Shown piece after piece: positions 1-13,100 of a stretch of DNA of 64,000 nucleotides; the first letter of the stretch is position 1, and every line of letters starts with the position of its first letter. The stretch is from Macrostomum lignano (Eukaryota), in assembly GCA_002269645.1 (NCBI GenBank), contig NIVC01001353.1, positions 124,001 to 188,000 on the forward strand. Direction: 5' to 3'. Position numbers and translations under genes: made by a program. The notes beneath the pieces were generated by a model, which saw only the letters and a program-made list of their open reading frames with translations, did no database searches and had not been told where the DNA came from.

Positions 1-1237
1 GAGATGATTAACTGCAGGCAAAATATTCCTTATAGCCGAGCTTCTCTCAACAATCTGCACTAAGCAGAATAAATTTCTATTTCTCATCTGCCTCTTTCTG
101 TGACAGTTTAGTTGATGTAAAATATTTTTCCCTGCAACTTCAAGTTGCATTTGAACTGCAGAACCCCCCCCCCCCTCTGAAATGTTGTACTATGCTGTCT
201 AAGTGTTTGCTTCAATTCTGTTGCTCTCACGCGCCAGCCAGACTCTCCAAGCTGATGGGGCACCAGACTGCCTGGCTACAATGAGTTGCACGAGTGCTGG
301 CGCACTTTCTTAGCCTCGAAAACCAGCTTTTCTGTTGCTTTTCGTCATGATTTTCCCACCATTTTTGCACAGGTTTTAAAATTAATTTGCTGAAAGAAAA
401 ACTTTTGCTTGCCAATAATTAGGTTAAAATTGTTGCTGGGGCCCCAGCAACCAATATTAAAACACACGCAATAAAGCACTGAATCAGCTGTTTGTGCATT
501 ACGCCTGCTAATTGCTTGATAAACCAATGCTTCGTGCGCGGTTTCTACACGGCTGCAAATGCACAGACAGGCGGCTGGGACGGCAGCGCAGTGGGCCAGA
601 AGCTTAGTGGAGCAGAAGCGGCCTGCAGATTGAGCATCCACTCAGGAGCTTTAGTGCGAATTGTTGCAACACACGCGGAAGAAATTGAACAACGGTTTAC
701 TGTAGAGCATTCGATTAAGAGGCTGCACTGCTCGGAAAAAAAGAAAGGTACTCAGGGGTACTCAGGATTGAGTCACCGTTATGTTGGCCTTAATTCTTCG
801 AAAGAAGTACGAAGAACCAGTTAAAATTTCAGTACTAAGAAAATAGATTAGAAATAGCAGCCTGGGCTACTTGCATCAGTAGAGCAGTGAGCAACTAAAG
901 AGACAATTATATATTTTATAGATTTTCTTTAAAACTTGCCGATGCTCATTCAGATCAGAGAGTGTATTTTATTGGCAGTTAAGACACCTGCGAATGCGAA
1001 TTTAAAACGTAAGAATAGAAGTACAAATTCTACTTATAGGCCATATGATATAAATGAAAGCAAAAAGGCGGTAATTAAAAAAATGCTGACCGGGTTAAAG
1101 CAGTGTAAAAAATCAAGCGACGATGCTGGAAGGCGGAATCGAATTTCATACGGAATTTTCAATGCAAATCAGACGCGAATCACTAGGGAGAGCAAAACCA
1201 ATGATTAACAGTTCGAATAGCTAGAGACTTGCGCAAA

Positions 1238-3601
1238 TCAGATCGAATAGTTCGGCCAGGCGTGTGGCGGCACGGGCGGCGGCGAGGCGGCCGCAGCCTT
1301 CAGCCAGCGCCGGACTCGGTTATTCGGCGAGTCCGCGCCTGCCGCCGTCTCGGCAGCATCGACAGCTGACGACTCCGAAGACGATTCTGAGGCGGCCGAG
1401 GCGTAGGACGAGGCGGTGTCCGAGGCTGGGTGTGGGGCGGACGGCCTGGCCGGCCGGGCCAGCCGGTCGCAGAGCTTGTCGCAAAGCAGTTCCGGCGTCA
1501 GCCAGCGCCGGGCATCGTCGCAGAGCAGGCCGCCTTCGGACAGGACGTCCAGCGTCAGACAGCAGACTTGAAGCAGGCCGAGCATGCGCTGGGCCGGCTG
1601 CCGCGGCTGCTGGACGGGGTCGGCCGGCTGCTGCCGCGCGCTGGCCCCAGAGAAGTCCAAGTCGGCGGCAGCGGCCGGCGGCGGCAATTCCTCCTCGCTG
1701 GCCGGAATGCGTAGCCGCGGCGAGGAGGCGGGCGAAAGATTCTCGGACAAGTCCGGCCGGCCCTCGCACTGCTCGTCGCTTAACGAGGGGATCAAAGCGT
1801 CGGAGGCGTCGTCAGCGGTGGCAGCGACGACAGCGGCCGGAGTGTCGACAACGGCAGCAGCGGAGGCTAACGAGGATGAGGAGCTGCCGGTGACGCCCAG
1901 ACTGAGCTTGGCATTGTTGAGCTTGTCACTCAGCCGGCCGGAGTCGCGCGAATTGGCCAGGCCGATGCTGGACGCTGTAGGCCAGTCGGACTCCGGGCCA
2001 GACTCCTGCATCAAGGTGCTGCTGAGCACGGCTGTCCTGTCGGACAGGGCCCGGCAGTTCGGCAGCATCAGCAGCAGATCGTAGGGCGGCAGCTGCATCA
2101 CGGAGGTCCGGCTGTCCTCCAGCCGGGGCTGCTCAATCTCGGCCAATTCATCGTCACCGTAGCTGCTCTCGTGCCGAGACATTTTTTGGTCACTCTTTCC
2201 AATTGTTTGCTTGTTGCCACTGAATAGACCTTGTCGCTGCACTAAACAAACCGGTGTTTGTATATCTCCGCCGTTCTCCGTGTCAATTATCTTTATTTAT
2301 TGGGTTTGGGCAGAGGCGGGTGAACAAAATGGGGGGTGGCGCTCAGCTAGTCAGTCACGTGACTCCAAGATAGTTGGCAAGATGTGTACACTTTATTTAA
2401 CTGATAAGAGGGGTGGGTGCCAGTGCTGCGGCGGGGTAGAGAGAGAGTTCGTCAAAGCAAGTCAAAACTGATGAAAAACTGTTGGCTCAGCAGTGCAAGC
2501 CGTGACTCAGCCAGCCCCCACCCCATGCAGTGTGCAGGCAGCGTCCATAGACAATTAAAAAGATAATGCACTCCTGACTGCAGCACTTGTACTTATATTC
2601 ATGGCTATTAAAATTGGCTATGCTTATTCATGTTCTTTAAATTCATTGCCTTGCTTGCCTTTAAGGAAAAGTACATTATCTTGGAATCTGATGAGGGAAG
2701 CTGGCAGATCACAATCTGAAGATAAGGGAAGCTGGTAGATCACAATATCAGGATGAGGGAAGCTGGCAGATCACAATCTGAAGATGAGGGAAGCTGGTAG
2801 ATCACAATATCAGGATGAGGGAAGCTGGCAGATCACAATCTGAAGATGAGGGAAGCTGGCAGATCACAATCTGAAGATGAGGGAAGCTGGCAGATCACAA
2901 TCTGAAGATGAGGGAAGCTGGCAGATCACAATCTGAAGATGAGGGAAGCTGGCAGATCACAATCTGAAGATGAGGGAAGCTGGTAGATCACAATCTGAAG
3001 ATGAGGGAAGCTGGCAGATAACAATCTGGAGATGAGGGAAGCTGGCAGATCACAATCTGAAGATGAGGGAAGCTGGCAGATCACAATCTGAAGATGAGGG
3101 AAGCTGGCAGATCACAATCTGAAGATGAGGGAAGCTGGTAGATCACAATCTGAAGATGAGGGAAGCTGGCAGATAACAATCTGGAGATGAGGGAAGCTGG
3201 CAGATCACAATCTGAAGATGAGGGAAGCTGGCAGATCACAATCTGAAGAGGGAATACATAGAACAGCTGGGCCCAGCAGTGAGCGCAGCCAGAAACTCAC
3301 TGCTGTCATTCAGCGCGAACCGCTGGTACGATCCTTGCACTGGCGGCCTGGCGGCGCCCCGCCTCGGCGTACTGCACAGCCGCTTGCCGTCCTGGACTCG
3401 AATCCCGCCAGCTCGCTCCTTGCCTCCGTTGTGATCGTCGCTGTCGATGGCGATGGGCGTTCGCCGGATGCCCTCGGTGGGCGAGCGCGGATCCTCGGAC
3501 AGCACGCAGCCGGCGACAGGAGAGGCGGTTCCGGCAGCAGCCGCCGAGTTGGCAACCACGGACTCGTCTAGGCGATGCGATGAAGCCTGGGAGTTGCCCA
3601 T
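1238..3601 (-). CDS. Orphan 2-exon gene, ~434 aa, Ser/Ala/Pro-rich, starting MGNSQAS (possible N-myristoylation)
   Basis: Exon 1 3601-3301 (301 nt, donor A|GTGAGT, phase 1). Exon 2 2241-1238 (acceptor tttgtttag|TG, 1004 nt). Phases join in frame and codons are GC3-rich. No domain recognised. The 3' end could splice further. Confidence 0.6.
2690..3250. repeat. 31-nt minisatellite (GATGAGGGAAGCTGGCAGATCACAATCTGAA) in the orphan gene intron
   Basis: About 18 tandem copies read directly. Confidence 0.97.
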
Positions 3602-3733
3602 CGTGATGAAGCTGGAATGGGGAACGCTGTACTGCATCAAAATAATACACTACTTACGTTATTACGTAATCAGTAGTCAAATTCGTAAAATTTCGAAAAA
3701 ATGGCTGTGAAATAATTTGTAAAAAACTGTATT

Positions 3734-3739
3734 TTTATT
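3734..3739 (-). terminator. Probable polyadenylation signal (AATAAA) of the UBR gene
   Basis: Plus-strand TTTATT at 3734-3739, ~370 nt downstream of the UBR stop, followed by T-rich sequence on the minus strand. Confidence 0.5.
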
Positions 3740-4107
3740 CTTAAATATTAGTCGTAGCTACCATAAAAGGGGAAAACTATGCAATATTAGTACCAAGACA
3801 TTAAAAACACATACAAAAACATGCGGCCCCTGATTATTAAAAAATATATATATATAGATATGATTAATACTGAATGGCTGAATTAAAAGTGGCCAAGGTT
3901 AAAAAAGGATAAACTGAGCGAAAGGCTGGGTTCTTAGTAAAAAAGGACACACAAACAGCTAAATACTACAGGCGCCAGGCATGCAGACACAGGGCGGGGT
4001 TGAAGAGTGCAGAAAGGCTGTAGAATCTGACTAGACATTGATGGAGATCATGACAGGGAAAGACAGTTAGGGGGGCTGTGCACAGGCCAGGAAAAATGCC
4101 CAGTCCG

Positions 4108-7100
4108 TCACGGCTCGTCCAGGTCCGCGCACCGCCGCCGAATGGCCTCGGCCAGCAGCCGGTGGCCCAGCCAGTCCGCCCGAAGCCGCCGCAGCGCCGC
4201 TCCGTCCAGTCGCATCGGCTGTCCGGGCCCGGCCGCCTCGCCGCCGCTGAATTTGTCCGCATAGGGCGCGGCGGCAATGCAGGCAGCTCCAAAAGTCGGC
4301 GCCACGAGCAGCAGGTCGGCGCCAGCCAGCCGGAGGAAGACGCCTGCGCCGGCACCGCTGCACAGCCTGGCGTGGGCGCCCGCGGCGCCGACAGGCCGAC
4401 CGTCGGGCAGGCGGACCCGGCAGCAGGCGGCGCAGACCAGGCGGCCGCAGATTAGGCAGAGGGCCGGACGGGCGGGTCCGGAAATGGCCGAGGCCGCCCG
4501 GCCAGCGCTGGAATCGGCGTCCGGGCAGCAGCGGCGACTCAGCGGCGAGTCGAGCAGCCGCAGCAGCTCCGCGTAGTCGTCGGGCAGCGGCGACAGCGAG
4601 CGGCTTGGAATTCCAGCTGGGCGCTTGCGGCGGCCCTCCAGCCGGGGGTCAAGGCACCAGTGGCTGGCGAGGTCGGCGGCGGCGGGCGAGGCGGCGAACA
4701 GATGGCAGGGATCGGCGGGCAGGCGGAGCAGCTCGGCGAGACGGCGAAATTCCGCCTCCTCGTCGGTGATGCCAGCCTCGGGACTGGCGGCCGCGTCTCG
4801 ACCGGAGAGGCAAGCGTAAAGGCGGACAGCCGAACGCAAGAATGGCGCGGCGGCTGCGCGCACGTCGGCGGCGAGCTGGGCGCCGGAGGCGGCTGGTGAC
4901 GACCAAAGGCCAGCAGCGAATCTGTAGGAGGTGACCAGCTGAAAGGGATATGCAGAAATAGAATGGATTGCTAATCTAGCCTATCATGGGTGCAGGAATA
5001 GAATGGATTGCTAATCTAGCCTATCATGGATGCAGGAATAGAATGGATTGCTAATCTAGCCTATCATGGGTGCAGGAATAGAATGGATTGCTAATCTAGC
5101 CTATCATGGATGCAGGAATAGAATGGATTGCTAATCTAGCCTATCATGGGTGCGGGAATAGAATGGATTGCTAATCTAGCCTATCATGGGTGCGGGAATA
5201 GAATGGATTGCTAATCTAGCCTATCATGGGTGCAGGAATAGAATGGATTGCTAATCTAGCCTATCATGGGTGCAGGAATAGAATGGATTGCTAATCTAGA
5301 CTATCATGGGTGCAGGAATAGAATGGATTGCTAATCTAGCTTATCATGGATGCTCCTGGTGCAAGAACCTTGACTTCACACCTGATCCAACGGAGTGTCG
5401 CCATCTGCTCCATCGGATTCGTCGCCCTCGCCCTCGTCGCAGTCGGGCAGGTCCAGAAACACCTGCACCAGGCGGGCAGTGTAGAACAGGCGGACCAGGC
5501 AGGCCTCGGAGGCGGCGCAGACCGGGGCGGTGCAGGCCACTCGAGGCCGGCAGTCGCGCAGGTACAGGTAGGGCAGCAGGAAGGTGAGCACAGCCAGGCT
5601 GCTCAGCAGGTCGGCATCGGCCAGGCTGAGTTGGCCGAGGCGGCGGCCACCAGCGGCCGGGAGCAGCAGCAGCAGGTGGGCCAGCGCCAGCTGCCTGGCC
5701 GGCTGCGGATCTCCGGTCGGCGCTCGAACCGCCGCCGCCCTGGCCAGCTGCTGCAGGGCCGGCTGGCGGCGGCTGCGAACTCCGTCGGTTTCGTCGGCAG
5801 CCTCTAGCGCGTGCAGAGAGTAGGCAAGGGCCAACGGCAGCGAGGCCAGCAGCCGCTTGCACTGCCAGTCGGGATCAGCTTTCCCCATATCGGCGCTCGG
5901 CCCGTCCGGCTCAGCATCGTCCGACATCCGCTTGTCGCAGTCAGCTGCGAGCCGCTCGATGAGGCGGAGAAGCTGGCCAGAGGAGGCAGGGACAGCATCT
6001 GAGTCCAGCCAGTCGGCCTGGTCGGGCGGCCGCTCGCAGCGCACTGTGTACAGGCCGGAGAAGGCGGTCCCGATGGCCGTGCTGAGGCGCTGCTGGATGC
6101 CGGCCAGGGACACCGGGACCAGGCGGTGGCTGTCTGCGAATGCGGCAACGGAGCCGATGCCGAATCGGGGATTGCAAATCCGAGATTTCATGCGGAACTG
6201 AAATGCACTTGTCCCGCATCCAGATCCCGGAACTCGAAAACCAGGAATTCTGAATTCAGAACCAGGAACCCATTATTTGGAAACCAGAACTGAAAACTTA
6301 GATAGAAACCCGGAGCTCACAAATGGGAACCCAGAACCGGGAATCCAGAACGGGGAATCCCAGAACGGGAAACCCAGAACGGGGAACCCAGAACGGGAAA
6401 CCCAGAAAGGGAAACCCAGAACGGGGAACCAAGAACAGGGAACCCAGAACGGGGAATCAAAAACGGGAAACCCAGAACGGGGAACCCAGAAAGGGAAACC
6501 CAGAACGGGGAACCAAGAACAGGGAACCCAGAACGGGGAATCCAGAACGGGGAACCAAAAACGGGAAACCCAGAACGGGGAACCCAGAACGGGGAACCCA
6601 GAACGGGGAACCCAGAACGGGGAATCCAGAACGGGGAACCAAAAACGGGAAACCCAGAACGGAGAATCCAGAACGGGGAATCCAGAACGGGGAACTCAGA
6701 ACGGGAAACCCAGAACGGAGAACCCAGAACGGGAAACCCAGAACGGGGAACCCAAAACGGAAAACCCAGAACGGGGAACCAAAAACGGGGAACCCAGAAC
6801 GGGGAATCCAGAACAGGGAACCCAGAACAGGGAACCCAGAACAGGGAACCCGTATTAAGCACCCTAACCTGGGAACCAAGATCGCCAGCAGTCTGAATTC
6901 AAAACCCACCGTCGCCAGGTGTCTGCCCGGTGAAATGAAATGAATTGGCCACGGTAAACCGCAGTCCCTCCAGCCAGTCGTCGAAGGCAACGTCCACCGA
7001 GTCGAGAGCGCGAGCCCGTTTAGGAAAAGCAGCGGCGGTTGGCGGCAGCAGCGGCAGAATGGCGTTGCAGGGCTGGCGGCACAGAGGGCAGTGGAAGACG

Positions 7101-10100
7101 GCCGACGGACCAGCGACATCTTGCGGAATCTTGAGAGGCACAGCGGGTTGCATTTGGATAACTGTGGCGCCAATTCGTAGTTAATGTACTTAAGGATGGG
7201 ATTCTGATATCCCACAGCCATATGGGATGGGATTCTGATATCCCACAGCCATATGGGATGGGATTCTGATATCCCACAGCCGTATGGGATGGGATTCTGG
7301 TATCCCACAGCCATATGAGATGGGATTCTGGTATCCCACAGCCATATGGGATGGGATTCTGGTATCCCACAGCCATATGGGATGGGATTCTGGTATTTCA
7401 CAGCCATATGGGATGGGATTCTGGTATCCCACAGCCATATGGGATGGGATTCTGGTATCCCACAGCCATATGGGATGGGATTCTGATATCCCACAGCAAT
7501 TTGGGATAGGATTCTGGTATCCCACAGCCATATAGGATGGGATTCTGGTATCCCACAGCCATATGGGATGGAATTCTGGTATCCCACAGCCATATGGGAT
7601 GGGATTCTGGTATCCCACAGCCATATGGGATGGGATTCTGATATCCCATTGTGTCCTTGGTTTTGGTTTCTCATATATATCCTACAGTCCCTCACGAACC
7701 CCAGACCTTTTATTCATTTTATAGCTTTAGATTTATTTATATATTCAGTCTAAAAGTGGCACCAGGGGTTAAACGTAGCCGCTCACCTGCGGACAGCAAG
7801 CCAGGTGAAAGGCGTGCCCACAGGAGGCCACGTGAACGCCCTCAAGCAGGTCGGCCTCCACCGGTGCAGCAGGCCAGACCGGCTGCCTGATGCGGCCTCG
7901 CTGACAGGACAGCGCCGTGGACAGCTGGACAAGGCAGCCGCTGACAAGTAGACTCGAGCCGCGGACGTACGGTTCCTCGACCTGGCAGACGATGCAGACG
8001 GCGCTTGGCCAGGGAGGCGGCGGTTGCGACAGCCGACTGCCGACCAGGTGACGTGACGCTGTCGATGCGCTCGGCGTCGCTGCCACGAAGTCGGCGGCAG
8101 AGTCGCCAGCGACCGGCGCATCATCGGCCAGGCCGGCCAAAAACCGCCTTTGCTGGGCGGCCATCCGCGCCAGAGCCGCCTGGCGGGCCGCCTTCATTCG
8201 CTGACGTCGATGCTGCGAGTCGCCATCATCGTCGGCTTCGGCATCAACTTTGCCGCCGAGGTCGTCTTCAATGACAGGGTCGCCCGGCTGCAGGCCGAAG
8301 ACTCGGCGGGCCTCGGTCAAAGCCAGGTCGAGTAGGCGGCGGGACAGCGACTCGGCGGGCAGGTGGCAGCGAGGCACGGCGGCCAGGGCTGATAGAAGGC
8401 GGCGCTGCACAGAGCCCGGCGACTCGCCGATGCCGTAGATCAGCAGCAGGAGGCAGCGCTCGACCTGCGCCTCAGACCAGAGGCGGTGCACTCGGCTGCG
8501 GGCGCAGCGCTCCAGCACGGCCAGCAGGACCAGCTGGGTGGCCTCGCACACCAGCAGCCGGCTCAGCGGGGCGAAGGCCTTTGCCAGCGGCAGCAACGAC
8601 GGCAGGCGGAGGTCGGGCGATCTGTCAGGACGAGCCGCTAGGAGAATTTTGGCGAGGCCCGGGCGGGAAAGGCGGGGGTGGCCCGGGCTCACGGCGGCTG
8701 CCTGACGGGCGGCATCGCGGAGTCGCCAACCGCGGGACGGGGAGTCGGCTTCGGCCAGGCGGCCGATCAGGGCGTCGATCTGAGCAGCCGAAGGCGCCGA
8801 CGCTGCTGGCAGGCGGCCAATGGACGCGGCGCGAGCTACTGAGTTGGCCACGGCGGTCAGCGCTGAATGCGACAGCGGGCCGCTCGTCGTCAGGAGGCGC
8901 ACCGACAGCTCCTCTTCCACCGCGTCCGACACGCTGGCATCGGGCGACACGCCGGGCAGACGGCGCAGGCAAGCGAGGCAGAGCAGAAGCCGGAGCGCCT
9001 CTTCAACGCTGGACCGGTTGGCCGCCTCCTCGCCGTCGCACTCTGGCAGCTGCTGGTCTCCGGACAAGTCGACGGCTGCCCAGCGGCGCAGATCGAAGGC
9101 GTCCAGCAGGCGAAGAACGAACTGATCAGCGTCCGGAGCCACGGCGGCGGCAGCCTGCAGGGCTCGAATGTCTAGCAGCTGGGGGACCGGCTCCTGCGGC
9201 AGCATTGCCAATTTTTACTGGCAGTAAATCGAAGTATTCGGAGAGGAAACAACCTAGACTGAGGGGCCTGTGTAACTGAGTGCGTGACCGCCTAGCAACT
9301 GAGGATCTGGGTGGGTGACTGCCTAGCAACTGAGGATCTGGGTGGGTGACTGCCTAGCAACTGAGGATCTGGGTGGGTGACTGCCTAGCAACTGAGGATC
9401 TGGGTGGGTGACTGCCTAGCAACTGAGGATCTGGGTGGGTGACTGCCTAGCAACTGAGGATCTGGGTGGGTGACGGCCTAGCAACTGAGGATCTGGGTGG
9501 GTGACGGCCTAGCAACTGAGGATCTGGGTGGGTGACGGCCTAGCAACTGAATATCTGGGTGGGTGACAGCCTAGCAACTGAGGATTTGGGTGGATGGCAG
9601 CCTAGCAACTGAGGATAAAGGAGGGGCATCGTCATGCAGTCAAAAGTATCCGTGCAGGATCTCACCTGTGCATAGCGAACGTTGGCCCGACAGAGCGCGT
9701 TGCCGCTTCGTCGCCAGAGACCGGCAGCGGACTGCCCTGACCAGGCCAGCTGGCGCAGCCAAGTGGCCACCGCCGCCTCCCAGCCGGGGTGGCCGGAGGC
9801 GGCCAGGCGGACAATGGAGGCCGGCGAGCCGCTCTGAACGGCCGCCAAAGCCAGGGTGCCGACCAGACGAGCCAGCGGTTGCGAGTGCGAAGCGGCGACC
9901 CGGCCATTCATCAGCGAGCGGAGCGGCCGCCCGACCAGCCGCAGGCCGCTGCCGAGCCGCATCTCTGAGACGTCGTCGTCGCCCTCCGCTTCCAGCGTTG
10001 CGCAATCTGGAGGAGTTTGTCGAAGTCGCTCGGCGGCCGCGCTCAGAGCCGGTCCGCAGGCGTCAGCAGCGGCAGCGTTGAGCTGCAGGAGCTGCTGGCT

Positions 10101-13100
10101 GAAGCAGCAGCAGAGCTGGACGCAGGCCGAGTCGAGTCGCTGCGCGGCCTCCCAGTCGACCTCGCGGTCAGGCAGACAGTCGGCAGGCGACAGGCGACGC
10201 ACCCGGCCGGCGTCCTGCAGCGCGGCGCAGGCGTCCAGAAGGGCGGGCAGCGCCGAGGCGAGCGCCGGCCCGGCCTGGCCAGCCGCTGACGCCGCCCGGA
10301 GAAGCCGCAGGGCGTCGGCAAAGGCGAGCTCAGCGCCGGACCAGACCGAGCGGGCCCTGGGGTCGCCAGTTGGGAAGTCGAGCGGCTCCAGAGGCGGCTT
10401 GGCTGCTTCCTCCGCTGCCGTTGACCCGCGAGTCAGGGCGGCGCCGACAAGAGCGCGCAGCATTGTTGCCAGGCCGTCATGTTTGGCCAGCAGGTGGCGA
10501 GTCTGACAATTAACAGCGGGAATGCCAGAAGTGAGTGAGTGAGTGAGTGAGTGAGTGAGTGAGCGAGTGAGTGAGTGAGTGAGCGAGTCAGTGAGCGAGC
10601 GAGTGAGTGAGTGAGTGAGTGAGAGTGTGAGTGAGTGAGTGAGAGTGTGAGTGAGTGAGTGAGTGAGTGAGTGAGCGAGTGAGTGAGTGAGTGAGTGAGT
10701 GAGTGAGCGAGTGAGTGAGTGAGTGAGTGAGCGAGTGAGTGAGTGAGTGAGTGAGTGAGAGTGTGAGTGAGTGTGTGAGTGAGTGAGTGAGTGAGAGTGT
10801 GAGTGAGTGAGTGAGTGAGTGTGAGTGAGTGAGCGAGTGAGTGAGTGAGTGAGTGAGTGAGTGAGCGAGTGAGTGAGTGAGCGAGCGAGTGTGTGTGTGA
10901 GTGACTGACTGACTGACTATATTTTATTCGCATATCCCAGCAGCTACACAACATCTGCTGGTCTTCAGCTACTCAACAGAACTCACCAGCGCAGCGGATC
11001 CATAGGCTCGGCCGCACAGCCGCATAACTGACTCGGCCCCGTCGCCGCCAAGCTCGCATCGAGTCCGCAGCAGGACGGCATAGTTGCGCAGGCAGATTTC
11101 CGCCAGCCGCTGCCGGCTTTCAGACTCGCCGCTGGCAAGCAGCCGCGCCAGCACGGCCGCGACGGAGCGTCGGGCGCCGCGCCAGAGGCGATCGGCGGCA
11201 AGCAGAAGCCGCTCGGCTGCGGGATGGGCGCCGGACAGCAGGCGGCGGCACAGGACGGTGTGAAGGTCAGCTGAGGGGGTTGGAATGAGACGATTTTCAT
11301 AATAGATAGAATAGGATTGAAATGATTCTCAGGGTAGATACAATAGGATTGAAATGATTCTCATAATAGATAGAATAGGATTGAAATGATTCTCAGGGTA
11401 GATAGGGTAGAAATGGAACGACTATGGTAGATGAGGTAGAAGTGGGACGATTTTTTATGGTATATAGGGTAGAAGTGGCACGATTCTCATGGTAGATGTG
11501 GGACAAATTTTCTCACTGAGCATAGCAAGCCCGTGCAAGCAATCACGGAAGCCACTGAGCATAGCGAGCCCGCACAAGCAATCACGGAAGCCACTGAGCA
11601 TAGCGAGCCCGCACAAGCAATCACGGAAGCCACTCACGATGCTTCTGAGCAGCCGCGGCCAGCCAGCCGAGCAGTCGGTAGGCGAGGCTTCGAAGCATTG
11701 CCCGCCTCGCCGGCTCCACCCAGCAGCGCCGCAGTCCTCCAGTTGTTTTGCCACCGTCGGCTTCAAGCAGGTCGGCGCAGGCTGCGTCGGCCGCCTCCCG
11801 GCCGCCAGCGACCGGAGCAACTGAGCGACCTTCGGCCTCGGCCTCTGCGCCGATGCCGGCAACGGCGGGGCCCGGGCGAAGGCCGAGGCAGGAGGCCAAG
11901 GCGGACCGGCGGAGTCGGCCGTCGGCCAGCAGGACAACGGCGAAGTCTGGCTTTGAGGAGGCCGGCGCGAGCCTGCCGTCCAGAGGGTCGGAATCGTTGG
12001 TGCCGGCGTCGCTGCCAGGCTCAGCGTCAGTGCCGAGCTGCAGCAGCTGGACTGTCAGCGCGTCGAATCGGTCAACTGTGCCAGATGGCAGCGGCGAAGG
12101 CCGCGGCGTGTCGATGCGGTGCTCCGAGCAGCCGCAGATGCTGCCGCTGGACAATGCGTCCGGATCGCCGCAGTCGCAGAGGTCGCCACAGATGCCAGCG
12201 AGATCCCACTGTCAAGGTCAATATAAAAGCACAGTTGGAACCGGCAACTGCCCTAGAAGAAACCCGTGGTTGCACCAGTTGACAGACTGGAGTCAGATGA
12301 ATTGTAAGGACATGTTTGAATATCTGGCGATGACGTCAGTCGTCAGAGCTTTTGTACACCCCGTATGAGCGTGTGCGCCGGAACGGAGCAATGCAGGCAC
12401 ACGAAATTCAAGAACACGGACTAACTTTTTGTCGCAAGAATCAAGACGCCAGCTCTCGAGACCGTCGAGATATTCAACGATTCTTCCAGAAGGTCGGATT
12501 TTTGTCCCCATAAGTGTCGCCTTGCCAAGCCTCCAAATTTCATCAGCACATCAATCGCATGCGTCTGCATCAGCTCTGACTTCGTTTATCACTGGTCTTC
12601 ACCCAGACGGAGATGATGGGCCTTCAACAGGTGGCACCAGGTGACTAAGGACACCTTATTGCTGCGAATTTCTTTGACATCAGGCAAGCCTCAACTTCTA
12701 GATATCCTCAAGCCCCCCCCCCTGCATGAAAACAGGGTCCACATGGCAGTCAAATGCCATGCTGGCACCCATGATAAAACAGTCAGCCATTCATTAGCAA
12801 GTTCGCAACTCACTTACTCGGTACCGATGCTGCCTGTGCTCTGAGCGCAGAAAGCAGGCTGAGCACAGAGCGCAGTCTGCACTGTCTGGTGAGCAGTCTC
12901 TGGAGCAATAGAACAGAATTGCAAGACCTAAATGGCTGGATAGGCCTAATTAACAAACTGTTTACTTTCTAGTTGGCAAAATTAGCAAAAGACAACACGG
13001 CTCTTATTTTGTTGCTTACATGCAGTAGAAAATTGGCCGCCCTTCTGCTATGGCAGCACCGCATGCAGTGCCAAAAACTCTGCTAGCTTCCTCCTCTTGA

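Noticed and set aside
227-1208. Short ORFs at the window start
   Set aside because: No motifs, codon bias or splice-consistent links.
6277-7695. Repeat ORFs in UBR introns
   Set aside because: Minisatellite translations; the UBR exons explain the unique sequence.
1264-12368. Many overlapping Arg/Ala/Pro-rich ORFs
   Set aside because: Shadow frames of GC-rich exons on the opposite strand or in alternative frames.
12290-12640. Coding-like stretch inside a UBR intron
   Set aside because: Only short ORFs with no recognisable motif; the UBR box exons join in phase without it.
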